DNA of 64,000 bases from IMG/VR virus record IMGVR_UViG_3300021408_000002, positions 6,249 through 70,248 of that record, one strand, 5' to 3'. How positions within the stretch are numbered: the first letter of the stretch is position 1; each line of letters begins with the position of its first letter. This document shows positions 9,049 to 18,150 of the stretch, piece after piece. The position numbers and the translations under genes were made by a program. This DNA comes from a virus (lineage: Duplodnaviria; Caudoviricetes). The notes beneath the pieces were generated by a model. It searched no databases. It saw nothing but the letters and a program-made list of their open reading frames with translations, and had not been told where the DNA came from.

Positions 9049-9412
9049 GCCTCACATCGTGCCCGTCGTGGGCATGACGTTCGTCGAAGGCTACCCCAGC
9101 TTCGTCCACAATCTACGTGAGCTGGTCGACGGACTCACCTGGCAGGACGAGCCGATCCCAGTGGTGTTCGTCCGCAACCCAGACAACGAACACGACCCCA
9201 ACGCCGTCGAAGTTCACGTCCCGGCGCTCGGGATCATGATCGGACATGTCTCCCGTCAGATTGCCGCCCGCCTCGCCCCCAGTCTCGACGAAGGGGTCGC
9301 GTTCACGGCATCGGTCGAGTGGGTCCGCGTCGATCCCGATCATCCGGAGAACCCGGGCGTCGACATCAAATTTCAACGAGAGGAAGGTGCGTCATCAACG
9401 GCATCGAAGTAA
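9041..9412 (+). CDS. HIRAN domain protein
   Basis: VVGMTF...VRNPDNEHDPNAVEV...IGHVSRQIAARLAP. Confidence 0.85.
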   Translation: MVEPHIVPVVGMTFVEGYPSFVHNLRELVDGLTWQDEPIPVVFVRNPDNEHDPNAVEVHVPALGIMIGHVSRQIAARLAPSLDEGVAFTASVEWVRVDPDHPENPGVDIKFQREEGASSTASK

Positions 9413-9834
9413 CACTGGTAGGCAATTTGGTCCGCGACGTCGAGTTGCGGTTTACCTCGGGTGGTCGCGCCATCGGCTCGTCAGGCATCGCCGTGTCGCG
9501 TCGCTGGCAGTCCAACGGCGAGTGGCAGGAGCACACGACGTTCCTGAACCTCAACATCTGGGCGACGCTCGGCGAGAACGCCGCCGCATCCTTGTCGAAG
9601 GGTGATCGGGTCATCGTCCAGGGACGCCTAGAGCAGCGCTCGTGGGACAACGACGAGGGCGAGAAGCGAACCGTGTTCGAAGTGACCGTCGACGCGATCG
9701 GCCCCGACCTGCGATGGGCTCAGGCCACCGTCGAGAAGACAGAACGATCGTCGGCCCCGAAGGACGACCCCGGGCCAGCGTCGGGGGCCGGCGGGTCGAG
9801 TGACGCGTATCCGAATACGGAGAAGCCTTTCTGA
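9394..9834 (+). CDS. ssb: Single-stranded DNA-binding protein (apparent ATC start)
   Basis: VTLVGNLVRDVELRFT...LSKGDRVIVQGRLEQRSW...acidic tail ending PF; GAGGAAGG RBS precedes ATC 9394. Confidence 0.92.
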   Translation: MNGIEVTLVGNLVRDVELRFTSGGRAIGSSGIAVSRRWQSNGEWQEHTTFLNLNIWATLGENAAASLSKGDRVIVQGRLEQRSWDNDEGEKRTVFEVTVDAIGPDLRWAQATVEKTERSSAPKDDPGPASGAGGSSDAYPNTEKPF

Positions 9835-9835
9835 G

Positions 9836-10021
9836 ATGGGCACCTACTACATCCGTGACCGCAAGTCCGGCGAAATCGTGAACGCCGTGGAGGTCGACGG
9901 CTGGTTCTCGCCGGAACAGCAGCAGCGTCACCTCGACCGTATGACCGGAGACCTGTACTTCGATCAACACCCACCGCTCGAAGTGCTCAAGCGGTACCGC
10001 TACTGGGATGAGAGGCCGTAA
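9836..10021 (+). CDS. Small hypothetical protein
   Basis: ATG 9836, TAATG overlap. Confidence 0.55.
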   Translation: MGTYYIRDRKSGEIVNAVEVDGWFSPEQQQRHLDRMTGDLYFDQHPPLEVLKRYRYWDERP

Positions 10022-10560
10022 TGATCACCGAATCTGAGATGCTCGAGGCCGCGGCCTCGATCCTGGTGGTCAACGACTTGTTCCAGGACGTCATTAACGA
10101 GGCGGACGCTCACACGACCGAGCAAGCGATTGTGATGTTGGCGACGGTGGATGAAGTCATCGCGAAGGCGAAGGAGGCGCGGGCCGCGCTGTGCGTCCAT
10201 CTGACCTCCGAGATGGAACTCTACGAGCCGGTTAACTTCAAGGGCATCTCCTATGTGGTGAAGCGCAAGAAAGAGCAGGTGCGGTTTGATCACGGTGCGA
10301 TCGCCGGTGTCGTCCAGACCGAAGCAATGAAGCGAGCCGTTGACCCGGAGACCGGCGAGGTCAGCGCTCACACCGCGGTGCGCGAGGCCGTCCAGTTGAT
10401 GCGCGACGTGTTCCTATCGCCCTCGGATAACCCGAGGATCAATCAGCTCGGCCGACTCGGCATCCTCCGCAAGGACGTCGAGACGAAGACGCTTGGCGAC
10501 AAGTACGTCGACGCCATCCCACTCCAGGCCGGCGACCAGTCCGCAAGGGAGGACACGTGA
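10021..10560 (+). CDS. Hypothetical protein
   Basis: GAGAGG RBS, helical. Confidence 0.65.
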   Translation: MITESEMLEAAASILVVNDLFQDVINEADAHTTEQAIVMLATVDEVIAKAKEARAALCVHLTSEMELYEPVNFKGISYVVKRKKEQVRFDHGAIAGVVQTEAMKRAVDPETGEVSAHTAVREAVQLMRDVFLSPSDNPRINQLGRLGILRKDVETKTLGDKYVDAIPLQAGDQSAREDT

Positions 10561-10721
10561 CGACACTGGATCTACGCCCCGTCGAGAACATGGCCTTGAC
10601 CATCGCTCTCACTCAGATCCGGCGGGGCGAGTACCCGACCAGCAACATCTCAGTTGCGTGCGTTGTCGCCTTGGCCCGTCTCGACGGACGACTGACCGAA
10701 GGGGAGTTCGACGATGAGTAG
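10557..10721 (+). CDS. Small hypothetical protein (54 aa), not in ORF track
   Basis: GGAGG RBS, GTGA overlap. Confidence 0.55.
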   Translation: MTTLDLRPVENMALTIALTQIRRGEYPTSNISVACVVALARLDGRLTEGEFDDE

Positions 10722-11208
10722 CACCACCGATTGGATCGAGTCCAACACGAAGCTGCCTCTCACCGATGACCAGAAGCGGTGCTTCGATGTGTTGTGCTCC
10801 TGGTGTGCCCCATACAATCTGCCGCTCGTCGGCGAAGGCTGGCACGGGCTTTCGCTGACCGACGAGTCGGCGCCGGTATTCGTTCGACCGCAGTTCGTTC
10901 GAGTCAAGATGTGTGGCGACTTCGCCACCTACGACTTCGACAACCTGACGCGGCTCGTGCTCGCCGCTCATGCCAAGGCGGTCCGCGTGAACATCTCGGC
11001 GGACATCCACACCGAGATCGATCGCGACGCCTGGCTTCAGGAGTACCGGGAAGGCAAGGACGGCTGGGGGTTCTACGACACGGATCGCCATCCGGAATAC
11101 GAGACACCGTGTCTCGCCTTCATGTTCCACCCGAAGGAGCGAGACCATGACCATGCTTGGGGTCGACACCCAACCATCGAGGAGGCGATAGCCCGTGTGC
11201 AGAGTTGA
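10714..11208 (+). CDS. Hypothetical protein
   Basis: GGGGAG RBS. Confidence 0.65.
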   Translation: MSSTTDWIESNTKLPLTDDQKRCFDVLCSWCAPYNLPLVGEGWHGLSLTDESAPVFVRPQFVRVKMCGDFATYDFDNLTRLVLAAHAKAVRVNISADIHTEIDRDAWLQEYREGKDGWGFYDTDRHPEYETPCLAFMFHPKERDHDHAWGRHPTIEEAIARVQS

Positions 11209-11806
11209 CGGAGACTTCGACTGGTACGTGGACTCCACCAATCCAGAGGCCGTGTCGGAAACTGATGAGCATTGCGAGGACTGTGGCCGGAAGATCTCTA
11301 CCGGCGAACCGCACACCGTGTTCACGGCAATGGACGACGAGTGGGAGCGCGAGCAGTCGCCGCTCGTGTTCGTCGCTCAACATCCGAAGCCGGGCCAGAC
11401 CTACTTCGACGAGAGCCGGCCGTTCATTACGCTCCCGGACTTCTACGAGGATCCGCTGACTGGCGACGCATTCGAAGCACTCGGCTTCATCACCGACGAG
11501 GTCAGCGAGTATGACCTCGTGCCTCACGAACCCCAATATCACATCTCGTGCAACCATTGTCGGGCTGCGAACATCTGGCTCGAGAAGGTCTGCGACCAGA
11601 CCACTGTGCTGGTCACCGTCGAAGACCTCGCCTCGCATTGGAATGACTACACACCCGAGCAGCTCGGCGCGTCGTTCCGGATCCTGTACCGCCTGAGCCG
11701 CCAGCAGTGGCGGTTCGGGATGAGACTCGTCTCCGTGAAAGAGGTGGCCCGGCTTGCCGAAACGGCAGCCGAATTTGCTCTCGCAGGGAACCTGGTTCAT
11801 GACTGA
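11195..11806 (+). CDS. Hypothetical Zn-binding protein
   Basis: HCEDC ... CNHC; GGAGG RBS. Confidence 0.65.
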   Translation: MCRVDGDFDWYVDSTNPEAVSETDEHCEDCGRKISTGEPHTVFTAMDDEWEREQSPLVFVAQHPKPGQTYFDESRPFITLPDFYEDPLTGDAFEALGFITDEVSEYDLVPHEPQYHISCNHCRAANIWLEKVCDQTTVLVTVEDLASHWNDYTPEQLGASFRILYRLSRQQWRFGMRLVSVKEVARLAETAAEFALAGNLVHD

Positions 11807-12176
11807 GATCTTCCGAGAGCTGCTGTTTCGGGTGGTGCCCGAAGACTTCGACCGGAGCGCGATCCGCGGCTCCGGTCCGGGCGGCCAGCACCGCAACAAG
11901 GTCGCGACCGGCGTCCGCCTCCGACACCGCGCGTCTGGGGCTGTCGGTGAAGCCACGAACAGTAAAAGTCGACTCCAGAATCAGGCCGAAGCTTTCCGCC
12001 GGTTACGGGAGACACCGGAGTGGAAGGCGTGGTACCGGGAGATGGTGTTCACCACTCAAGGGCGCGAGCCGATCGCCGCCGAAGTCGAGCGGGCCATGGC
12101 CGACCGGAATATTCGAACCCAGGTGCTCGATGACCATTCGCGTTGGGTCGATGTCGCAGTGGACGATCTGCTGTGA
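11799..12176 (+). CDS. Stand-alone RF-1 (GGQ) peptidyl-tRNA hydrolase domain, ArfB/PrfH-like
   Basis: RGSGPGGQHRNKVATGVRLRH...SKSRLQNQAEAFRRL. Confidence 0.9.
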   Translation: MTEIFRELLFRVVPEDFDRSAIRGSGPGGQHRNKVATGVRLRHRASGAVGEATNSKSRLQNQAEAFRRLRETPEWKAWYREMVFTTQGREPIAAEVERAMADRNIRTQVLDDHSRWVDVAVDDLL

Positions 12177-12613
12177 TCGTGGGCCTCCTGAATGAATGGG
12201 CCAGACGTATCTTTGTCCGTCGGCCGGCAGACGGACGCACCGACGAAGAGGTGATGAGCGTCTGGATCTCGCCGTCGCGTCCCCGCTGGGATTATGTGTC
12301 GGAAGCCGGTCCGTACCGGCTGATCCGGCTTGACCGGTTCGAGAGCCCGGTGTATTGGCTCGAAACCTACGAGTCGATCTCGGACGCCATCATGGAGTTC
12401 GACCGCTTCAACCAGCCGCGACCCAACCAGATGTGTCTACTCGTCGACGGACGCGACCAGACGATTCTCGGCTGGAACGACCAGGACGACGACGATGCAG
12501 ACTTCCGGTATGCCATCTTCGGATGCAAGTTCGGCTTTGACCTGCTCGCCGTGATCAACCCGATTGACTCCGCTCTGTGGGAGTCGATCGCTCAACGAGA
12601 GGAACGACTTTGA
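12173..12613 (+). CDS. Hypothetical protein
   Basis: GTGA overlap. Confidence 0.55.
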   Translation: MIVGLLNEWARRIFVRRPADGRTDEEVMSVWISPSRPRWDYVSEAGPYRLIRLDRFESPVYWLETYESISDAIMEFDRFNQPRPNQMCLLVDGRDQTILGWNDQDDDDADFRYAIFGCKFGFDLLAVINPIDSALWESIAQREERL

Positions 12614-12825
12614 ACGTTCGCGAATCGACCCTCGGGGCCGTCAACCGGTACCGCATGTTGACCGGGAAATGGCCGACCCGCGACGCCCTGTACCGGGTGT
12701 TGCCCGACCGGGTCAAAACCAAGATCGACGGGAGGCTCGACGCGCTCGAGCAGCAGGGCCTCATCGAAATCCAGCGGGGCCGCATCGTCGCCTCCGTCAT
12801 GGTCGCTGAACGGGAGTCGCTATGA
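12610..12825 (+). CDS. Small winged-helix protein (LexA-DBD-like)
   Basis: WPTRDALYRVL...RLDALEQQGLIEIQRGRI. Confidence 0.55.
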   Translation: MNVRESTLGAVNRYRMLTGKWPTRDALYRVLPDRVKTKIDGRLDALEQQGLIEIQRGRIVASVMVAERESL

Positions 12826-13037
12826 GCGACGAGCCCCAGCCCTACGAATGGCTGGTTCCGGAGCCACCCAGGGAACCGGATCTTCTGCCTATGCCTCGTC
12901 TCGAGGAGACGAGGGCTGAGATCTCGATGCCGGCGCTGTCCATCTACGTCGAAGTCGTCGAGCTGTTGCGCGAGTTCTCCGGCGACGAGGCTCGACTCTT
13001 CGAATTCGTGGGCAAACTCAAGGATTTACTCCGATGA
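12822..13037 (+). CDS. Small hypothetical protein
   Basis: GGGAG RBS, ATGA overlaps. Confidence 0.55.
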   Translation: MSDEPQPYEWLVPEPPREPDLLPMPRLEETRAEISMPALSIYVEVVELLREFSGDEARLFEFVGKLKDLLR

Positions 13038-13282
13038 GCTCTCAGTTCCAGCGCATCGAGCAGGAGTTCCCGGTCGGTGACGTCCGCGTCCAAGCCGCGA
13101 AGGCAGCCCGCGAACTCATCGAGGCCGCCCGTCGGGAGCAGGACATCAAGGAGATGATCGCCGCGGTGTGTGCCCGTACGGGACATACCAGCATCATCGA
13201 CCTGGCTGGGGCCGAACCGGCCGATGTGGTTGCCCTCGCTGAGGAAGTCCTCAGCCTCGACGAACAGGACTTCGAGTCGTGA
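13034..13282 (+). CDS. Small hypothetical protein
   Basis: ATGA/GTGA overlaps. Confidence 0.55.
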   Translation: MSSQFQRIEQEFPVGDVRVQAAKAARELIEAARREQDIKEMIAAVCARTGHTSIIDLAGAEPADVVALAEEVLSLDEQDFES

Positions 13283-13851
13283 TCATTTCGCTCAGTTACC
13301 AGCAGTTGAATTCCTGCCGCCACTGGGGAACAGCGCGGCACAAGCAGCACCTCGTCGCCAACCGTGAGCGCACCACTCAGGGCCATGCCTGCGCGATGCC
13401 TGCGATCGCGTGGCGCACCTTGGCCGACCGGTTGACGAAGGAAGTGTTCTATGCGTCGACGGGGCGGCACCGCAAGACCCGTCTCGAGCGCGATGGGGTG
13501 CCGGCGACTCGAGCTGCGTTGCAGAAGATCGAGCAGGCGCTCGCCAATATGCAGATGCATCCGGCGTTGCACAACCAGAAGGTCGTCGGCTACTCCGGTG
13601 ACGTCGTGATCGCCTGGCCGCTGCCTGACGGTAAATGGTCGCTGTATCCGGTCCAGGATCAGGCCCCGGTGTTCTTCGTGCCCGTCGTCGACGACAAGTT
13701 CAAGTCGCTCGGCGTCACGACCTCGTGGCGCCCGCAGGCCGACTGTCCGGCCGACCTGCCCGACCTGTTCCCTGATCTAGTGGATCACGTCGGCTGGCTC
13801 GTCGGCGGACATGACGTCGTTGGAGTCGCCGAGGACCACCGAGGCACGTGA
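13279..13851 (+). CDS. Hypothetical protein, convergent with TerL (75-nt overlap)
   Basis: GTGA overlap; last gene of + operon. Confidence 0.6.
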   Translation: MIISLSYQQLNSCRHWGTARHKQHLVANRERTTQGHACAMPAIAWRTLADRLTKEVFYASTGRHRKTRLERDGVPATRAALQKIEQALANMQMHPALHNQKVVGYSGDVVIAWPLPDGKWSLYPVQDQAPVFFVPVVDDKFKSLGVTTSWRPQADCPADLPDLFPDLVDHVGWLVGGHDVVGVAEDHRGT

Positions 13852-16238
13852 CCCGCGGCCTCGCAGGTGGAGGTCGGGGATCAACATTTCGACGACGTTC
13901 GAGTCGAGCATGTCGTTGATGGCGTGCGCGACGACGTCGCAGTTGTGGACCAGGATTCCATTGGCGAAGTAGGTGCCATCCTCAGTCGTCAGGTTGTACA
14001 CCGCGACGTCGTCGCTTACCCCGCATCGCTTTGCCGTGCGCTCGGTGCCATTCCATTCCTTCGGGTGAGCGATGCCACGCGGAAGCAAGCGGTCGGATGC
14101 GGTCAAGAAGGGCCAACTGTTGTGGGCTTCGCGCTCGTAGGCTACGGCTCGCTGAGTGTTCTCGTTCGTGATCACGGCGGGGGAGAGCCTCCAGGTTGGA
14201 GGGGTTGTTGTTGGTAAAGTCGCCGTCAATGTGGTGGACCGCCCATCCTTCCGGGATTGGCCCGTTGATTGACTTCCACACCTCTTGATGTAGCGCCTGA
14301 ACACCTCGCTTGATGTGTTGGCCGCCGGGTTTGTAGTAGTGGCGATGTGCGGGTGTGCTCGAGTTTGGATATCGACGGAACTCGATTCCCGCGAAGACGA
14401 CCGTGTCGACCTCGACGGAGCCTCGCTCGGTCGAGAGGGTGACCAAGGGGTCGCCGTGGCGGCGCATTCGGGCCATGTGCTTGTGGCAAAGACCTCGGCC
14501 GCCCTTGGCGAGGGCCGTGCAATCTTCGATTGAGCAAGGAAGCGTCTTTCGGTTGACCATATGGACACGATATCATCATGCCGACCAAGGTCGCCGAGAT
14601 TCACCCACCCGGACATCGCCCACACGGGATGGTTCCTCGTCCCTACCAGGTCGCCCACCCCGACGACGTCGGCCACCCCGGTGCATCCCGCCCACAGAAC
14701 CCGGGTCCAACCCGAAGCACCCAACACGAATTGCCCGGACCGGACCTGATCCAGGCGGACCTCGCCGGTCGGTGTCGTTACAGCCGTCTCTCCGACTAAA
14801 CATTGGTCGTCGTACCGTCCCTTGCGACCGTCGCCCATCATCTTGCGGTGCTCGTCGATGAACGGCGCAACCCAATCCGGCGACTTGCCATCCTTGCCGC
14901 GGGGCAGCTTCACTCGACCCTGCTGCATCAGTGTCGAGTACGGCCGGGCCCGCTCCTCCTTCGAGCCTTCGGCGCGCGCCATGGTGACGGTGTAGTTCTT
15001 CAGTTCTCTTTTGTAGAACGCAATCACAGCCAGCCCGTCGCCATTCCTGGATCCTTCGATGAGTACGGGAACGGACACTCCGTCGGTGAACGCAGTCACC
15101 TTGACTTCGTCCATCACTTCGTTCGCACCCTTCTGGAATCGGGTGATGTCCTGCACATAGAAGACGTCGTCGACGTCTTTCGTGACGAGCCCACCGACGC
15201 TGTAGTCACCCCCCCCTTCCGAGGCTGCAAGATCCCAGGCTCGCCGGCGGGACTGCATCCACGGTTTGTCGTCCGGGTCGTACCACGCCCACTTATCCGG
15301 GGGGAACATGCCGCCCGTCGGCGAGGTCGGTTCCTGTTCGTACACGACGGAGAAGATGAACGGAACGGTCGTGCGCTTGCGCCGGTAGAAGAACGAGTCG
15401 TGCCAGCGCTCCGGGTCTTCCTCTTCGCCTGGCTTCGAGAACCGTGTCTTCAGGGGCTCGCCTCGTTTCCGGCCGAGGAGGTCGCGCCACTCCGGGTCAT
15501 CCGGGTTCTCTTCGTCGAAGTCGGGTTCGGCGATCGCCTTGAACACGAGGGATTCCCAGCGGTCTCCGTCGTACTCAGGGTCCTTCGCCTGCGCGTCGAT
15601 GCGGCCGGACATGTCGTCGTCCGCGAAGCGGGTGGCCCCGAGGAGCATCGTGCCGCCGGGTTGCAGGCGAGGGAGGATGGCACCGTGAAACTCTGCCCAG
15701 TGCGTTTCCTTCGTCTTCGTTGAGCCGGCTTCCTCCATGCCCTTGATCAGGTCGCCGAGTACGACCAAATCTCCTGGCATACCTGAAATTCGCGAGCCGA
15801 TCCCGACGGACAGCATTCCGCCTTGGTGGCCGGCGAGACGCCATTCCTGTTTCGATTCGTAGTTGGCGTCAACGGTCTGGCCGAAGAACTCGGGCCCCCA
15901 CTTCATGAAGATGTCCCGCACGAGCGCGCCGGATCGGATCGCGAGGTCGTCGGAGTAGGCGATCAGGATGACTCTGGTATCAGGCCAATGGCCGAGCACC
16001 CAGAGAGGAGTGAACAGCTCGACCAGGCTGCTTTTCCCGACTGTGGAGGAGCGTTGATCTTCAGGAACCGCTGGTTCTCTCGGTCACTGATCGCGTCCAT
16101 GATCCGGCCTTCACACATCCGCAGCCACGGATCGGCCTGATATGTCGACCGCGGCCCGTAGAGGTGGGGCGCCAGTGTTTGCGCGAGACGGAGTGGCGAG
16201 CCGACCTTGCGGAGATGTTCGAGATCGGGGTTAATCAT
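13777..16238 (-). CDS. terL: Terminase large subunit, interrupted by a -1 frameshift (16032-16038) and an intein (13942-14802)
   Basis: Walker A APPQSGK|SS after shift; VILIAYSDDLA; LVVLGDLIK (Walker B); nuclease AWDLA...GDYS and YDDQ|CD. Confidence 0.9.
13982..14560 (-). CDS. HNH endonuclease nested out of frame inside the TerL intein
   Basis: Zn finger CSIEDC...GLCHKH...RHGDP; HQEVWKSINGPIPEGWAVHHIDGDFTNNNPSNLEAL; own TATCGT-N6-ATG. Confidence 0.9.
   Translation of the reverse strand: MVNRKTLPCSIEDCTALAKGGRGLCHKHMARMRRHGDPLVTLSTERGSVEVDTVVFAGIEFRRYPNSSTPAHRHYYKPGGQHIKRGVQALHQEVWKSINGPIPEGWAVHHIDGDFTNNNPSNLEALPRRDHEREHSASRSLRARSPQQLALLDRIRPLASAWHRSPEGMEWHRAHGKAMRGKRRRRGVQPDD
14561..14572 (-). 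promoter_or_regulatory. Candidate leaderless promoter for the nested HNH
   Basis: Minus strand TATCGT-gtccat-ATG; same spacing as about ten other genes here. Confidence 0.55.
16032..16038 (-). other. -1 slippery heptamer G GGA AAA in TerL Walker A
   Basis: tcG GGA AAA gc; -1 frame continues SSLVELFTPLWVLGHWPD into the 740-aa ORF. Confidence 0.6.
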
Positions 16239-16692
16239 CGACTACCTCGGCGTCGACGATGTGATCCATCTCGTCGAGCGGCCCACCGAGAGCGAGCGCC
16301 TGGTGGCCGTGTTTCGCCATCAGTTCGAGGGCTGCGCTGGTGACGGCGAGCACCCGTTCCGCGGCTGGTGTGCCCTGGTGGCTGACGTTGACGCGGTGTG
16401 TCGGCGGGCGCCATCCGCGGTCCGCCCCCTTGCAGTACAGCCACATTTGTATCATTGGCACGTTGCCGGCCTGAGCCATCTGCGCCGACTTCTCTTCGAT
16501 GGACTCGATGAGCTGCTCGCCGGCCGCTTCCATCACTTCGACGAACTGGGCGTCCGACTGTAGTTCTCGGAGCTGGCGAAGGCTCCAGCCGACGGCGATC
16601 GCAGCGTTCTTCGGTCCGACCCCTTTCGAGATCATGCCGAGGAACTCCTCCATGCCGTCCAGGACGACGGGAGACAGCAGATCGGTCGACAT
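16231..16692 (-). CDS. Probable terminase small subunit
   Basis: Directly upstream of TerL; N-terminal HTH (KNAAIAVGWSLRQL); AGNVPMIQMWL. Confidence 0.65.
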   Translation of the reverse strand: MSTDLLSPVVLDGMEEFLGMISKGVGPKNAAIAVGWSLRQLRELQSDAQFVEVMEAAGEQLIESIEEKSAQMAQAGNVPMIQMWLYCKGADRGWRPPTHRVNVSHQGTPAAERVLAVTSAALELMAKHGHQALALGGPLDEMDHIVDAEVVDD

Positions 16693-16701
16693 GGACCTAC
16701 G

Positions 16702-17091
16702 TTACTCGCCGTCGGTGATCTCGAGCACGACGACCGCCACCATCCAGGCCGCCAGCCACCACAGCACTGGCGCGGGAACGGGTTCGACGAAGATCCGGAA
16801 GCCGAGAAGGACCAGGGCCGTGCAATACGCGGAGGCGCAATACGCGCATTGGATCATGTAGCCCAGCTTGTTCCGCAACCAGTACGCCACCTTGCCTCGC
16901 GAGTGGTATTCGGGTTCGGCGAGTGGGCGGAAACGGAAGCCGTCGCGCTCCCGGGTTTTCACTTGGACGGGGTCTTGGAGGCCGCCGACGATCCAGTTGC
17001 GGGGCTCGTCGAACAGGACATCGAGGCACACCAGCCGGGTCAGCCGGGCCGATGCGAGTGAGATCAGGAGGAAGGCGAGCCAGACGTTCAC
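16702..17091 (-). CDS. DUF1360-like membrane protein
   Basis: SARLTRLVCLDVLFDEPR...LGYMIQCAYCASAY plus TM helices. Confidence 0.8.
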   Translation of the reverse strand: MNVWLAFLLISLASARLTRLVCLDVLFDEPRNWIVGGLQDPVQVKTRERDGFRFRPLAEPEYHSRGKVAYWLRNKLGYMIQCAYCASAYCTALVLLGFRIFVEPVPAPVLWWLAAWMVAVVVLEITDGE

Positions 17092-17423
17092 CGATTACCA
17101 CATTCGCGGCATTTGTCGTTGAGGGTGAGGACGATCTCGACGACGGTGGGGATCGTGCCCTTGAACTCTTGGGACACCCGCAAGGATTCACCGTTGAGCC
17201 GCAGCTTGCCTTTCTCTTCGGTGACCGTCACGTTCTGCATGACATCGACCTGTTCGCCGCGCCGCTCGCCCGAGTCGAACGACAGGATCGTCACCTTCGA
17301 CTTCGGGGATTTGCCGATGATGAGCACGACGCCCCGTTCGATGTTCGGGTACATCAGTTCCTTGTTCTTGGCGTAGGAGATCGATCCGTTGTAGCGAGGC
17401 TTCTGGAGGATGGTGGCTGCCAT
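17088..17423 (-). CDS. Hypothetical protein
   Basis: TAAGCT-N6-ATG; GTGA overlap. Confidence 0.6.
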   Translation of the reverse strand: MAATILQKPRYNGSISYAKNKELMYPNIERGVVLIIGKSPKSKVTILSFDSGERRGEQVDVMQNVTVTEEKGKLRLNGESLRVSQEFKGTIPTVVEIVLTLNDKCRECGNR

Positions 17424-17449
17424 CGCGTCAGCTTAGTGGTCCTACCATG

Positions 17450-17890
17450 TCAGCGGGTGCGGGCGTCCCTCACAGCAAACTGCATCGGCCGCCCGTCGGC
17501 CTCGGCCCGGCGGATGATCGCCTCCGGGTTGCGCTGTTTACGGAGCCACAGCAGATCTTCGAGCGGCATGGAGCGGGTCCCGAAGTCCTCTTCGCAGGCG
17601 ACAGCGAACCGGGCACAGCCCCATTGCACAGAGCACAGCGAGCAGTGGCCGAGCGCGACTTCGGTGAGGACGCTGCCGAGGATTGGTTCATCGCCGACCA
17701 TGTAGGTTTCGTGGTCCTCGACGATCCAGATGGACGGTCGTCCACCTTTCGGTGCTGACGTCACCACCAGGTTCTCGGATATGCATCGTGCTCCGGCGCG
17801 ATAGCCGATCGGCTCGGGCTTGTGGCCCTTGGTGTAGGCGCGGGGGAGTTGGTCGATGTTGGCGTCCCCTGCGGTCACATACCGGGCCAT
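17450..17890 (-). CDS. Divergent WhiB-like protein
   Basis: ARC...CSLCSVQWGC (C-x2-C-x5-C) but lacks G[VI]WGG. Confidence 0.45.
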   Translation of the reverse strand: MARYVTAGDANIDQLPRAYTKGHKPEPIGYRAGARCISENLVVTSAPKGGRPSIWIVEDHETYMVGDEPILGSVLTEVALGHCSLCSVQWGCARFAVACEEDFGTRSMPLEDLLWLRKQRNPEAIIRRAEADGRPMQFAVRDARTR

Positions 17891-17899
17891 ATAGCTGAG

Positions 17900-17909
17900 A
17901 TTGTAAGAT
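17900..17909. promoter_or_regulatory. Overlapping divergent -10 boxes (TACAAT on -, TAAGAT on +)
   Basis: ATTGTAAGAT between ATG 17890 (-) and ATG 17917 (+). Confidence 0.55.
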
Positions 17910-17916
17910 GCTTGGA

Positions 17917-18150
17917 ATGGAAAGTGGTGGCAATCCGCAGTCACCGCAGCAACGCAAGATGTTCAAAGTCGCATCGGAGATCGGCCTGACCCGCGACGAA
18001 CGCCTCGAGTTGGTGGCCTATCTGCTGCGCCGCGACGTCAAGTCGTGGGGCGATCTCGATGACATCCAGGTGCGCAGGGTCTTGGATGCCCTCGAGGGAT
18101 ACGAACTCATCCGGGCCCTCATGGATCTGCGACCTAATGTCGAGACGTGA
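17917..18150 (+). CDS. Small helical protein, antisense to late operon (GemA/DUF1018 N-terminal-like, weak)
   Basis: QQRKMFKVASEIGLTRDERLEL...SWGDLDDIQVRRVLDAL. Confidence 0.6.
   Translation: MESGGNPQSPQQRKMFKVASEIGLTRDERLELVAYLLRRDVKSWGDLDDIQVRRVLDALEGYELIRALMDLRPNVET

Larger units (their letters stand above)
13942..14802 (-). mobile_element. Class-1 intein (287 aa) in the TerL nuclease motif; no in-frame endonuclease
   Basis: Block A CLVGETAV; block B TRNHPV; block F/G VYNLTTEDGTYFANGILVHN followed by Cys +1. Confidence 0.92.

Noticed and set aside
14803-15723. 306-aa + strand ORF opposite terL
   Set aside because: Shadow ORF, no motif; lies outside the intein.
15970-16006. Extended hairpin (CTCTGG...CCAGAG) as the frameshift stimulator for terL
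   Set aside because: Starts about 25 nt after the heptamer, well beyond the usual 5-9 nt spacer.
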